64,000 nucleotides of DNA from Euglena gracilis (lineage: Eukaryota), in NCBI GenBank assembly GCA_039621445.1, contig CP154954.1, positions 15,395,805 through 15,459,804 on the forward strand, given 5' to 3'. Below are positions 24,801 to 39,078 of the stretch, in pieces; position 1 is the first letter of the stretch, and the number at the start of each line of letters is the position of its first letter. The position numbers were made by a program, and so were the translations under genes. Below the pieces are notes generated by a model. It ran no database searches. It was not told where the DNA came from and saw nothing but the letters and a program-made list of their open reading frames with translations.

Positions 24801-25913
24801 GTGCTATGCTTTTGATTCCTGGGTTTGGTGGGCTGAGATTCCACACCCCTACAAAAGGCTTTGGAACCAAAACGTGGAGAAGTACGGGACATTTTGGGAT
24901 CCCGTCCCAATCCTCCTGGGGCTGGCAAAGGCGTTCATGCCCACTGATATTTGTACATTGCGTACACAACTGATTTTTTGCTCACGAGTCCTCTGTTTAT
25001 ACTGATCCTCAGGCTTATCGCAAGTCAAACAAACCAGCAGTGTGTTGCGTAGGGCGCCCTACATCACGATTAAGCGTAAAGGACAGATATTCCATAAGTG
25101 GGAAATGGTTGTGTCCTTTCCCCAGTGTCCCCAAATAAGCCCATTTCACTTGATGATGTGCTATGTGGCTGCTACATGTTCAGTCTTCAGAACTGAGACC
25201 CCCCTTCTGATCTCATTAAAACCCCCCTTCAGTGCCATAAGTGCAGACACCGTTGCTTCCATCACAAAAGACTTTTTGGCCAAACGTAGGGTAACCCCCC
25301 AGGTGGGGGGCCCACAACACCAGGGGGGCAGGGGTTGGTTTACTCAAAAACTTGGGCGTTTCTGCCCAAGCAAGTTTGTGAAATTGGTCAGTTGAGGGGG
25401 GTGGAGGCTTTTACAGCCCACTACCAACGACTTGGTGCCCAAGGTGCCCTGGAAAATGCCCTGGCCCACCGAATTTCAGTGCACAAACTGGCCTCTCAAG
25501 GGCAAAGTGCGGAGCCCGAGGTGCCTCGTACTCCCTCGAGGACAACAGAAAAGGGAGGAAGGGAAACCGAGGGCGAAGCACAAAGACCTTGTGAGCCCAA
25601 CCCCCCCCCCCCACCCGCAAAAGAAAATTTGTGTTCAAAGGCCGTCGGTCAGAGAGTGGGGGCCAGGGGGGGAGAGGGGGGAGACACCCCCCAGGGGCAA
25701 GAAGCCACGTCGCCCAGTCGGAGCAGCATCGTCAGCCAACTCCAGCGAGGCAGCACTAAGCGGGACCTCCTAACCAAGCACACCAGAACAATCCAAACAA
25801 CACCGCCGGCGAGCAAGGCATGGTCTCACAAGGTCTTTGTGCTTCTCCCTCGGTGTCCCTTCCTCCCTTGTCGGTTTTCCTCGAAGGAGCACGAGACACC
25901 CACGGCGAAGCAC

Positions 25914-28900
25914 GACACCTCGGGCTCCGCACTTTCCCCTTGTGAGGCCATGCCTTGCTCGCCAGCGGTGCTGTGTGGATTGTTCTGGTGCGCTTTGGTT
26001 AGGAGGTCCCGCTTAGTGCCTTTTTTTCGCCAGAGTTGGCTGATTCATAATTTTGCCTTCAACACCCAGAAGACAGGAACTTCAAATACCTCACCAATTG
26101 AGAAAAGAAGAAGACAATCAATCCACTCAAATTATCAAGAAAGTCACGGTCGCGCAGAACTTCAAATCAAAAGTTGTTGATTTTTTCGAAAGAATTCAAT
26201 GAAAGATGCAAATTCAAAGAAGCAAAGCCCTGGAGTACTTCAAGAGGGAGCAGCAGCAGCAGCTGGACAACCTGAAGGCGCGGGTCAACTGTGGAGAACC
26301 GTGATGTCCCCTACCCGAAAAAGAAATTTCCCCCACAGAAATTTCCAGAATTCAAACCCTGCAAAGTGATGGCCACGGACCCTGGCAGACAGTGGTCGGA
26401 AGACCCTGAACGGGAAAGAAACAACAACCAGCAGGCCACTACGGCCATTGGAGCCAGGGCCATTGCGGCCAACATTCTGCCAGTTACACAAATACCTTGT
26501 TCAAGCTGGGCCATGGCGGCCACAATAGCAAGCTGGGCAATGGCGGCCACAATAGCAAGCTGGGCCATGGCGGCCAAAACAGCAATGGCCATGGCGGCCG
26601 ATGGAACAAAGGCCAGGGTGGCCAACAATGCCAAGGCCAGGGTGGCCAATTCCATAAACAGAGGCCCAGTGGCAGGGGCAGGACAGGTCAACAACACCCC
26701 AATCATTTCTTCATCTCAAACCCCATCAGGGGTACAGGATGGGCCGCCAGTGGTCCCCCAAGATTTTCAATGGGCATGGCACCCAACGTCCAAAAGAAGT
26801 TAATGGGGACTATCAAAATTTTAAGAGTGGAGCCAACATCAAGAGGGCCAGGGGGCCAGATTTATCATCAACAACATCAACAATTTCAAGGCCTCTGGGG
26901 CCATCAATTATCAGAAGGGGAAAAACCCCAGAATCTAACAGGCTGTCCCCCAGCAGGGGTTTCAATGTACGGTGGCAGCCCCAGGAGGATGCCTCCAAAG
27001 GGGCAGTGGAGGACAAGGGGGCAACCCCCCCTCAACATTCTCTGTCAGTGCCCATGGCAGGGGCAAACCAAAACAAGCGGGAGACCCAAAAAGGGACCCC
27101 TATGGTATGTCAATCGACAACACCAATGACAAAGTGGAGGATCAGAGAACCTGTGAGAAGAGCATGCACACCCCCCCCCAGTCACCTTTGGAGAATGCTC
27201 AATCCCCAGGGGCACCAGCGGTGCAATGTCAAAAACCCCCCACCCAGCACCCAGAAAATCAGCTAGTTGTGAAAATACATTCCATGGAGGAGAATTGGGA
27301 TACACCCCTTGTACCAGAGACTTCAAAAAAAGACTAAAATGGTGGACAAAAAATGCCCCCCCCCCAGCAACATGTCAATTCAAAAAAAAATGGAATTCAA
27401 CCACCCTGGGTGAATCCCCCAAAATTGTCCACCCACCCAAAACCCAGGCCTCAGGCCATTTTTAAGGCATCAGGTAGGGGGGCAGTCCTGGGAATTTCAA
27501 AGAGGCGGATTTGGGCAAAATGTAATGCCCAAAATTTTAATGTCAGTGATGAAATCATTCGAAAAGCTGTAGAGAAAAAGGGGCATCCAGGTGTTTATTT
27601 ACCTGGACGACATTTTGCTGGTGGCCCCCACCCAAATCAATTTACAAAGTCACCTGAAAACAGTTGTCAAAGATTTGCTGGATTCTGGGTTCAAAATCAA
27701 TGTGAAAAAGTCTACCCTGCAGCCCACCCAAGTGGTAACCCATCTGGTTTTTCAACTGAACTTCCAGGAAGGAAAACTACAGGTCCCCCAGAAAGTCAAA
27801 ACCATAAAAAAGGAGCTGGGAAAAATTGTGAAAAAAGATTACATGTCAAAAAGGCAATTGGCCGCCATTTTGAGCCAAATAAGGTGCAACCTAATGGCCC
27901 TGCCCTTTTTAAGGGCTTTTACGGACACCCTGGCAAATTTTTTGGTGGCAAAGGCCACAGCCCCCTGGGACTCAAAACACCCCATTTCCCAGGAAATCAA
28001 AGCCCAATTAAGGGAAATAAAAATTCTGCCGGACACCTGGGGGGCAGACCCTTCCCCCAAAATGCAAGCAGAGTGTTGCACTCAGAGGGCAGCACCCATG
28101 CCTGGGGGGGGGGGGCTAGACATCCACACAGCAGAAATTGTGCAGGAATTTTGGAGAAAAAACTCCATTTTGCAAATGAATGTAAAGGAGCTCAGTGCAG
28201 CAATCAGCACTGTGAAAAGTTTGAGCAAACCTGGGGAAACCGTTTCCTTGTCAGTGGACAACCAGGTAATTTACCTTTACCTAACAAAAGGTGGGGGCAG
28301 AAAGGACCCCTTCAACAAAATGCTGAGACCATGTTTCAAGTGGCGCATTGAGCACCAAGTAAACCTCCAAGTCAACTGGGTACCTTCAAAAGAATGCCTA
28401 GCAGACCACGTCAGCAGATGGGAAATGGACAGGGGGGATTATTCTTCAGAACCCAACTTTTTCAACGGCTCAAACAACAGTTGAAAATTTTCAAAAGTCT
28501 GGAAACAGATTTATTTGCCTCCCGAAGGCAACAAAAAACTGCCAAATTTTGTGGCCAGGTGGCCCCACTGGGATGCCACAGCAGTAAATACATTACAATG
28601 TCCACTGGACAACGTGGTGGATCTTTATGCAAACCCCCCCTGGTCAATAATTCAACAATTTCTACCCAGGTTGAAAATTTTCCCCCAAACCAAAGTTTTG
28701 ATGGTCACCTCCTACTGGGATCCAGCCACGTGGTGGGCACAATTAATAAAAATGAAAGTTCCAGGGACCCCCCGCCTGAAAATCACCCCCTACAGGGGCA
28801 TGTTCACCAACTGCAGGGGGGAGCAAATGCCACCGCCTAGGTGGCCCCTGGTTTGCATGATTTCCTCCAGAAAATTTTGGAGGGGAAACAAATTCAGGTT

Positions 28901-30178
28901 GAGACCATAAAAAATGATTTTCTGGGAATAAACCCCAGCTTAAAACGTTATCAGAGTGCTTGTGCACTTCTGTGGGTAATTTTGGAACACATGGGCGTCC
29001 CCCCCCCCTGAAGCCCCCAAAGACCAAGTGGCTGACGCTTTAATACAATTGTTACAATTTTCTAAGGCCCAAGCCCGTAATGCCTACAGTGCTATGCTTT
29101 TGATTCCTGGGTTTGGTGGGCTGAGATTCCACACCCCTACAAAAGGCTTTGGAACCAAAACGTGGAGAAGTATGGGACATTTTGGGATCCCGTCCCAATC
29201 CTCATGGGGCTGGCAAAGGCGTTCATGCCCACTGATATTTGTACATTGCGTACACAACTGATTTTTTGCTCACGAGTCCTCTGTTTATACTGATCCTCAG
29301 GCTTATCGCAAGTCAAACAAACCAGCAGTGTGTTGCGTAGGGCGCCCTACATCACGATTAAGCGTAAAGGACAGATATTCCATAAGTGGGAAATGGTTGT
29401 GTCCTTTCCCCAGTGTCCCCAAATAAGCCCATTTCACTTGATGATGTGCTATGTGGCTGCTACATGTTCAGTCTTCAGAACTGAGACCCCCCTTCTGATC
29501 TCATTAAAACCCCCCTTCAGTGCCATAAGTGCAGACACCATTGCTTCCATCACAAAAGACTTTTTGGCCAAACGTAGGGTAACCCCCCAGGTGGGGGGCC
29601 CACAACACCAGGGGGGCAGGGGTTGGTTTACTCAAAAACTTGGGCCTTTCTGCCCAAGCAAGTTTGTGAAATTGGTCAGTTGAGGGGGGTGGAGGCTTTT
29701 ACAGCCCACTACCAACGACTTGGTGCCCAAGGTGCCCTGGAAAATGCCCTGGCCCACCGAATTTCAGTGCACAAACTGGCCTCTCAAGGGCAAAGTGCGG
29801 AGCCCGAGGTGCCTCGTACTCCCTCGAGGACAACAGAAAAGGGAGGAAGGGAAACTGAGGGCGAAGCACAAAGACCTTGTGAGCCCAACCCCCCCCACCC
29901 GTAAAAGAAAATTTGTGTTCAAAGGCCGTCGGTCAGAGAGTGGGGGCCAGGGGGGGAGAGGGGGGGGACACCCCCCAGGGGCAAGAAGCCACGTCGCCCA
30001 GTCGGAGCAGCATCGTCAGCCAACTCCAGCGAGGCAGCACTAAGCGGGACCTCCTAACCAAGCACACCAGAACAATCCAAACAACACCGCCGGCGAGCAA
30101 GGCATGGTCTCACAAGGTCTTTGTGCTTCGCCCTCGGTGTCCCTTCCTCCCTTGTCGGTTTTCCTCGAAGGAGCACGA
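25914..30178 (+). mobile_element. DIRS1-like element B2 (degenerate)
   Basis: Same termini, ICR and RT (27591..28484) / MT / YR fragments as B1. ~290-bp deletion near 27447. Confidence 0.95.
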
Positions 30179-30197
30179 GACTCCCACGGCGAAGCAC

Positions 30198-33100
30198 GAC
30201 ACCTCGGGCTCCGCACTTTCCCCTTGTGAGGCCATGCCTTGCTCGCCAGCGGTGCTGTGTGGATTGTTCTGGTGCGCTTTGGTTAGGAGGTCCCGCTTAG
30301 TGCCTTTTTTTCGCCAGAGTTGGCTGATTCATAATTTTGCCTTCAACACCCAGAAGACAGGAACTTCAAATACCTCACCAATTGAGAAAAGAAGAAGACA
30401 ATCAATCCACTCAAATTATCAAGAAAGTCACGGTCGCGCAGAACTTCAAATCAAAAGTTGTTGATTTTTTCGAAAGAATTCAATGAAAGATGCAACCTCA
30501 AAGAAGCAAAGCCCTGGAGTACTTCAAGAGGGAGCAGCAGCAGCAGCTGGACAACCTGAAGGCGCGGGTCAACTGTGGCGAACCGTGGTTGCCCCTACCC
30601 GAAAAAGAAATTTCCCCCACAGAAATTTCCAGAACTCAAACCCTGCAAAGTGATGGCCACGGACCCTGGCAGACAGTGGTCGGAAGACCCTGAACGGGAA
30701 AGAAACAACAACCAGCAGGCCACTACGGCCATTGGAGCCAGGGCCATTGCGGCCAACATTCTGCCAGTTACACCAATACCTTGTTCAAGCTGGGCCATGG
30801 CGGCCACAATAGCAAGCTGGGCAATGGCGGCCACAATAGCAAGCTGGGCCATGGCGGCCAAAACAGCAATGGCCATGGCGGCCGATGGAACAAAGGCCAG
30901 GGTGGCCAACAATGCCAAGGCCAGGGTGGCCAATTCCATAAACAGAGGCCCAGTGGCAGGGGCAGGACAGGTCAACAACACCCCAATCATTTCTTCATCT
31001 CAAACCCCATCAGGGGTACAGGATGGGCCGCCAATGGTCCCCCAAGATTTTCAATGGGCATGGCACCCAACGTCCAAAAGAAGTTAATGGGGACTATCAA
31101 AATTTTAAGAGTGGAGCCAACATCAAGAGGGCCAGGGGGCCAGATTTATCATCAACAACATCAACAATTTCAAGGCCTCTGGGGCCATCAATTATCAGAA
31201 GGGGAAAAACCCCAGAATCTAACAGGCTGTCCCCCAGCAGGGGTTTCAATGTACGGTGGCAGCCCCAGGAGGATGCCCCCAAAGGGGCAGTGGAGGACAA
31301 GGGGGCAACCCCCCCTCAACATTCTCTGTCAGTGCCCATGGCAGGGGCAAACCAAAACAAGCGGGAGACCCAAAAAGGGGCCCCTATGGTATGTCAATCG
31401 ACAACACCAATGACAAAGTGGAGGATCAGAGAACCTGTGAGAAGAGCATGCACCCCCCCCAGTCACCTTTGGAGAATGCTCAATCCCCAGGGGCACCAGC
31501 GGTGCAATGTCAAAAAACCCCCACCCAGCACCCAGAAAATCAGCTAGTTGGGAAAATACATTCCATGGAGGAGAATTGGGAAACACCCCTTGTACCAGAG
31601 ACTTCAAAAAAAGACTAAAATGGTGGACAAAAAATGCCCCCCCCCAGCAACATGTCAATTCAAAAAAAAATGGAATTCAACCACCCTGGGTGAATCCCCC
31701 AAAATTGTCCACCCACCCAAAACCCAGGCCTCAGGCCATTTTTAAGGCATCAGGTAGGGGGGCAGTCCTGGGAATTTCAAAGAAGCTGATTTGGGCTAAA
31801 TGTAATGCCCAAAATTTTAATGTCAGTGATGAAATCATTCGAAAAGCTGTAGAGAAAAAGGGGCATCCAGGTGTTTATTTACCTGGACGACATTTTGCTG
31901 GTGGCCCCCACCCAAATCAATTTACAAAGTCACCTGAAAACAGTTGTCAAAGATTTGCTGGATTCTGGGTTCAAAATCAATGTGAAAAAGTCTACCCTGC
32001 AGCCCACCCAAGTGGTAACCCATCTGGTTTTTCAACTGAACTTCCAGGAAGGAAAACTACAGGTCCCCCCAGAAAGTCAAAACGATAAAAAAGGAGCTGG
32101 GAAAAATTGTGAAAAAAGATTACATGTCAAAAAGGCAATTGGCCGCCATTTTGAGCCAAAGAAGGTGCAACCTAATGGGCCTGCCCTTTTTAAGGGCTTT
32201 TATGGACACCCTGGCAAATTTTTTGGTGGCAAAGGCCACAGCCCCCTGGGACTCAAAACACCCCATTTCCCAGGAAATCAAAGCCCAATTAAGGGAAATA
32301 AAAATTCTGCCGGACACCTGGGGGGCAGACCCTTCCCCCAAAATGCAAGCAGAGTGTTGCACTCAGAGGGCAGCACCCATGCCTGGGGGGGGGGGCTAGA
32401 CATCCACACAGCAGAAATTGTGCAGGAATTCTGGAGGAAAAAACTCCATTTTGCACATGAATGTAAAGGAGCTCAGTGCAGCAATCAGCACTGTGAAAAG
32501 TTTGAGCAAACCTGGGGAAACCGTTTCCTTGTCAGTGGACAACCAGGTAATTTACTTTTACCTAACAAAAGGTAAGGGCAGAAAGGACCCCTTCAACAAA
32601 ATGCTGAGACCATTTTTCAAGTGGCGCACTGAGCACCAAGTAAACCTCCAAGTCAACTGGGTACCTTCAAAAGAATGCCTAGCAGACCACGTCAGCAGAT
32701 GGGAAATGGACAGGGGGTATTATTCTTCAGAACCCCAACTTTTTCAACGGCTCAAGCAACAGTTGAAAATTTTCAAATGTCTGGAAACAGATTTATTTGC
32801 CTCCCGAAGGCAACAAAAAACTGCCAAATTTTGTGGCCAGGTGGCCCCACTGGGATGCCACAGCAGTAAATACATTACAATGTCCACTGGACAACATGGT
32901 GGATCTTTATGCAACCCCCCCCCTGGTCAATAATTCAACAATTTCTACCCAGGTTGAAAAATTTCCCCCCAAACCAAAGTTTTGATGGTCACCTCCTACT
33001 GGGATCCAGCCACCTGGTGGGCACAATTAATAAAAATGAAAGTTCCAGGGACCCCCGCCTGAAAATCACCCCCTACAGGGGCATGTTCACCAACTGCAGG

Positions 33101-34479
33101 GGGGAGCAAATGCCACCGCCCAGGTGGCCCCTGGTTTGCATGATTTCCTCCAGAAAATTTTGGAGGGGAAACAAATTCAGGTTGAGACAACCAAAAAAAA
33201 ACGATTATCTGGGGATAAACCCCAGCTTAAAACGTTATCAGAGTGCTTGTGCACTTCTGTGGGTAATTTTGGAACACATGGGCGTGCCCCCCCCCTGAAG
33301 CCACCAAAGACCAAGTGGCTGACGCTTTAATACAATTATTACAATTTTCTAATGCCCAAGCCCGTAATGCCTACAGTGCTATGCTTTTGATTCCTGGGTT
33401 TGGTGGGCTGAGATTCCACACTCTGTTAACCCCCTACAAGAGGCTTTGGAACCAAAACGTGGAGAAGTACGGGACATTTTGGGATCCCGTCCCAATCCTC
33501 CTGGGGCTGGCAAAGGCGTTCATGCCCACTGATATTTGTACATTGCGTACACAACTGACTTTTTGCTCACGAGTCCTCTGTTTATACCGATCCTCAGGCT
33601 TATCGCAAGTCAAACGAACCACCAGTGTGTTGGGTAGGGCGCCCTACATCACGATTTAGTGTAAAGGACAGATATTCCATAAGTGGGAAAGGGTTGTGTC
33701 CGTTCCCCAGTGTCCCCAAATAAACCCATTTCACTTGATGATGTGCTATGTGGCTGCTACATGTTCAGTCTTCAGACCTGAGGGCCCCCTTCTGATCTCA
33801 TTAAAACCCCCCTTCAGTGCCATAAGTGCAGACACCGTTACTTCCATCACAAAAGACTTTTTGGCCAAACGTAGGGTAACCCCCCAGGTGGGGGGCCCAC
33901 AACACCAGGGGGGCAGGGGTTGGTTTACTCAAAAACTTGGGCGTTTCTGCCCAATCAAGTTTGTGAAATTGGTCAGTTGAGGGGGGTGGAGGCTTTTACA
34001 GCCCATTAACGACGACTTGGTGCCCAAGGTGCCCTGGAAAATGCCCTGGCCCACCGAATTTCAGTGCACAAACTGGCCTCTCAAGGGCAAAGTGCGGAGC
34101 CCGAGGTGTCTCGTACTCCCTCGAGGACAACAGACAAGGGAGGAAGGGAAACCGAGGGCGAAGCACAAAGACCTTGTGAGCCCAACCCCCCGCCCCCACC
34201 CGTAAAAGAAAATTTGTGTTCAAAAGCCCTCGGTCAGAGAGTGGGGGCCAGGGGGGTAGAGGGTGGGGACACCCCCCAGGGGCAAGAAGCCACGTCGCCC
34301 AGTCGGAGCAGCATCGTCAGCCAACTCCAGCGATGCAGCACTAAGCGGGACCTCCTAACCAAGCACACCAGAACAATCCAAACAACACCGCCGGCGAGCA
34401 AGGCATGGTCTCACAAGGACTTTGTGCTTCGCCCTCGGTGTCCCTTCCTCCCTTGTCGGTTTTCCTCGAAGGAGCACGA
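30198..34479 (+). mobile_element. DIRS1-like element B3 (degenerate)
   Basis: Starts 4284 bp after B2. Same ~290-bp deletion near 31727. ICR junction at 34096-34119. Confidence 0.95.
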
Positions 34480-34498
34480 GACTCCCACGGCGAAGCAC

Positions 34499-37400
34499 GA
34501 CACCTCGGGCTCCGCACTCTCCCCTTGTGAGGCCATGCCTTGCTCGCCAGCGGTGCTGTGTGGATTGTTCTGGTGCGCTTTGGTTAGGAGGTCCCGCTTA
34601 GTGCCTTTTTTTCCGCCGGAGTTGGCTGATTCATAATTTGCCCTTCAACACCCAGAAGACAGGAACTTCAAATACCTCACCACTTGAGAAAAGAAGAAGA
34701 CAATCAATCCACTCAAATTATCGAGAAAGTCACGGTCGCGCAGAACTTCAAATCAAAAGTTGTTGATTTTTTCGAAAGAATTCAATGAAAGATGCCACTT
34801 CAAAGAAGCGATGCCCTGGAGTACTTCAAGAGGGAGCAGTAGCAGCAGCTGGACAACCTGAAGGCGCGGGTCAACTGTGGAGAACCGTGATGTCCCCTAC
34901 CCGAAAAAGAAATTTCCCCCACAGAAATTTTCAGAATTCAAACCCTGCAAAGTGATGGCCACGGACCCTGGCAGACAGTGGTCGGAAGACCCTGAACGGG
35001 AAAGAAACAACAACCAGCAGGCCACTACGGCCATTGGAGCCAGGGCCATTGCGGCCAACATTCTGCCAGTTACACAAATACCTTGTTCAAGCTGGGCCAT
35101 GGCGGCCACAATAGCAAGCTGGGAAATGGCGGCCACAATAGCAAGCTGGGCCATGGCGGCCAAAACAGCAGTGGCCATGGCGGCCGATGGAACAAAGGCC
35201 AGGGTTGCCAACAATGCCAAGGCCAGGTTGGCCAATTCCACAAACAGAGGCCCAGTGGCAGGGGCAGGACAGGTCAACAACACCCCAATCATTTCTTCGT
35301 CTCAAACCCCATCAGGGGTACAGGATGGGCCGCCAGTGGTCCCCCAAGATTTTCAATGGGCATGGCACCCAACATCCAAAATAAGTTAATGGGGACTATC
35401 AAAATTTTAAGAGATGAGCCAACATCAAGAGGGCCAGGGGGCCAGATTTATCATCAACAACATCAACAATTTCAAGGCCTCTTGGGCCATCAATTATCAG
35501 AAGGGGAAAAACCCCAGAATCTAACAGGCTGTCCCCCAGCAGGGGTTTCAATGTACGGTGGCAGCCTCAGGAGGATGCCCCCAAAGGGGCAGTGGAGGAC
35601 AAGGGGGCAACCCCCCCCTCAACACTCTCTGTCAAAGGCCATGGCAGGGGCAAACCAAGAACAAGCGGCAGACCCAAAAAGGGACCCCTATGGTATGTCA
35701 ATCGACAACACCAATGACAAAGTGGAGGATCAGAGAACCTGTGAGAAGAGCATGCCCCCCCCCAGCCACCTTTAGAGAATGCTCAATCCCCAGGGGCACC
35801 AGCGGTGCAATGTCAAAAACCCCCCACCCAGCACCCAGAAAATCAGCTAGTTGGGAAAATACATTCCATGGTGGAAAATGGGGAGACACCCCTTTTACCA
35901 GAGACTTCAAAAAAAGACTAAAATGGTGGACAAAAAAATGCCTCCCCAGCAACATGTCAATTGAAACAAAAATGTAATTCAACCACCCTGGGTGAATCCC
36001 CCAAAATTGTCCACCCACCCAAAACCCAGGGCCAACCTGGACATGAACCAGGCAGAAAACATTCTGCTGGGATACGAAAAAACTGGGTCAATGAAATGAG
36101 TTTGGGATTCAGAAACCCAGTATTTGATCCCATGGTTTTTTATTTCAAAATCAGAAGGAGGAACAACCAAATGGATAATCATCAGCGACTGAAGAGAAAA
36201 AAAGCAGTTTCAAGTAAAACCTTTCAAGCTGGATGATATTTGGAAAAAGGCCACTGGGCAGCAAAAATTGACCGAAAGGATGCCTGTTTTCATATTCCAG
36301 TAAGTCCAGGCCTCAGGCCATTTTGAAGGCATCGGGTAGGGGGGCAGTCCTGGGAATTTCAAAGAGACTGATTTGGGCTAAATGTAATGCCCCAAATTTT
36401 AATGTCAGTGATGAAATCATTCGAAAAGCTGTAGAGAAAAAGGGGCATCCAGGTGTTTATTTACCTGGAGGACATTTTGCTGGTGGCCCCCACCCAAATG
36501 AATTTACAAAGTCACCTGAAAACATGTTGTCACATATTTGTTGGATTCTGGGTTCAAAATCAATGTGAAAAAGGCTACCCTGCAGCCCACCCAAGTGGTA
36601 ACCCATCTGGTTTTTCAACTGAACTTCCAGGAAGGAAAACTACAGGTCCCCCCAGAAAGTCAAAACGATAAAAAAGGAGCTGGGAAAAATTGTGAAAAAA
36701 GATTACATGTCAAAAAGGCAATTGGCTGCCATTTTGAGCCAAATAAGGTGCAACCTAATGGCCCTGCCCTTTTTAAGGGCTTTTACGGACACCCTGGCAC
36801 ATTTTTTGGTGGCAAAGGCCACAGCCCCCTGGGACTCAAAACACCCCATTTCCCAGGAAATCAAAGCCCAATTAAGGGAAATAAAAATTCTGCCGGACAC
36901 CTGGGGGGCAGACCCTTCCCCCAAAATGCAAGCAGAGTGTTGCACTCAGAGGGCAGCACCCATGCCTGGGGGGGGGGGGGGGCTAGACATCCACACAGCA
37001 GAAATTGTGCAGGAATTTTGGAGAAAAAACTCCATTTTGCACATGAATGTAAAGGAGCTCAGTGCAGCAATCAGCACTGTGAAAAGTTTGAGCAAACCTG
37101 GGGAACCCGTTTCCTTGTCAGTGGACAACCAGGTAATTTACTTTTACCTAACAAAAGGTGGGGGCAGAAAGGACCCCTTCAACAAAATGCTGAGACCATT
37201 TTCCAAGTGGCACATTGAGCACAAAGTAAACCTCCAAGTCAACTGGGTACCTTCAAAAGAATGCCTAGCAGACCCCATCAGCAGATGGGAAATGGACAGG
37301 GGGGATTATTCTTCAGAACCCCAACTTTTTCAACGGCTCAAACAACAGTTGAAAATTTTCAAAAGTCTGGAAACAGATTTATTTGCCTCCCGAAGGCAAC

Positions 37401-39059
37401 AAAAAACTGCCAAATTTTGTGGCCAGGTGGCCCCACTGGGATGCCACAGCAGTAAATACATTACAATGTCCACTGGACAACAAGGGAAATCTTTATGCAA
37501 ACCCTCCCTGGTCAATAATTCAACAATTTCTACCCAGGTTGAAGATTTTCGCCCAAACCAAAGCTTTGATGGTCACCTCCAACTGGGATCCAGCCACCTG
37601 GTGGGCACAATTAATAAAAATGAAAGTTCCAGGGACCCCCCGCCTGAAAATCACCCCCTACAGGGGCATGTTCACCAACTGCAGGGGGGAGCAAATGCCA
37701 CCGCCCAGGTGGCCCCTGGTTTGCATGATTTCCTCCAGAAAATTTTGGAGGGGAAACAAATTCAGGTTGAGACCATTAACGATTTTCTGGGGATAAACCC
37801 CAGCTTAAAACGTTATCAGAGTGCTTGTGCACTTCTGTGGGTAATTTTGGAACACATGGGCGTGCCCCCCCCCCTGAAGCCACCACAGACCAAGTGTCTG
37901 ACGCTTTAATACAATTATTACAATTTTCTAAGGCCCAAGCCCGTAATGCCTACAGTGCTATGCTTTTGATTCCTGGGTTTGGTGGGCTGAGATTCCACAC
38001 CCTGTTAACCCCCAACAAGAGGCTTTGGAACCAAAACGTGGAGAAGTACGGGACATTTTGGGATCCCGTCCCAATCCTCCTGGGGCTGGCAAAGGCGTTC
38101 ATGCCCACTGATATTTGTACATTGCGTACACAACTGATTTTTTGCTCACGAGTCCTCTGTTTATACCGATCCTCAGGCTTATCGCAAGTCTAACAAACCA
38201 CCAGTGTGTTGGGTAGGGCGCCCTACATCACGATTAAGCGTAAAGGACAGATATTCCATAAGTGGGAAATGGTTGTGTCCTTTCCCCAGTGTCCCCAAAT
38301 AAGCCCATTTCACTTGATGATGTGCTATGTGGCTGCTACATGTTCAGTCGTCAGACCTGAGGGCCCCCTTCTGATCTCATTAAAACCCCCCTTCAGTGTC
38401 ATAAGTGCAGACACCATTGCTTCCATCACAAAAGACTTTTTGGCCAAACATAGTGTAACCCCCCAGGTGGGGGGCCCACAACACCAGGGGGGCAGGGGTT
38501 GGTTTACTCAAAAACTTGGGCGTTTCTGCCCAAGCAAGTTTGTGAAATTGGTCAGTTGAGGGGGGTGGAGGCTTTTACAGCCCATTAACAACAACTTGGT
38601 GCCCAAGGTGCCCTGGAAAATGCCCTGGCCCACCGAATTTCACTGCACAAACTGGCCTCTCAAGATCAAAGTGCGGAGCCCGAGGTGTCTCGTACTCCTT
38701 CGAGGACAACAGACAAGGGAGGAAGGGAAACCGAGGGCGAAGCACAAAGACCTTGTGAGCCCGACCCCCCGCCACCACCCGTAAAAGAAAATTTGTGTTC
38801 AAAAGCCCTCGGTCAGAGAGTGGGGGCCAGTGGTGGGAGAGGGGGGAGACACCACCAAGGGGCAAGTAGCCACGTCGCCCAGTTGGAGCAGCATCGTCAG
38901 CCAACTCCGGCGAGGCAGCACTAAGCGGGACGTCCTAACCAAGCGCACCAGAACAATCCAAACAACACCGCCGGCGAGCAAGGCATGGTCTCACAAGGTC
39001 TTTGTGCTTCACCCTCGGTGTCCCTTCCTCCCTTGTCGGTTTTCCTCGAAGGAGTACGA
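34499..39059 (+). mobile_element. DIRS1-like element B4 (degenerate, longest uninterrupted copy)
   Basis: Same termini. RT motif mutated to YLED. RH/MT in 36692..37909 and 37383..37796. YR fragments 37825-38700. Confidence 0.95.
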
Positions 39060-39078
39060 GACACCGACGGCGAAGCAC

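Larger units (their letters stand above)
17379..25894 (+). mobile_element. DIRS1-like element B1 (degenerate; interrupted by element A; ~650-bp internal deletion near 24328)
   Basis: Left end GACACCTCGGGCTCCGCAC continues at 22096. Fragments of RT (VFIYLDD, ORF 23885), MT (LYANPPW) and YR (HNTRGAG, AFTAHY). ICR ~25490-25595. Right end ...GGAGCACGA. Confidence 0.92.

Noticed and set aside
25895-25900. GACACC as a true target-site duplication of B elements
   Set aside because: B5 and A lack the hexamer at their right ends. For B1-B4 the match comes from the target, which already contains GACACC.
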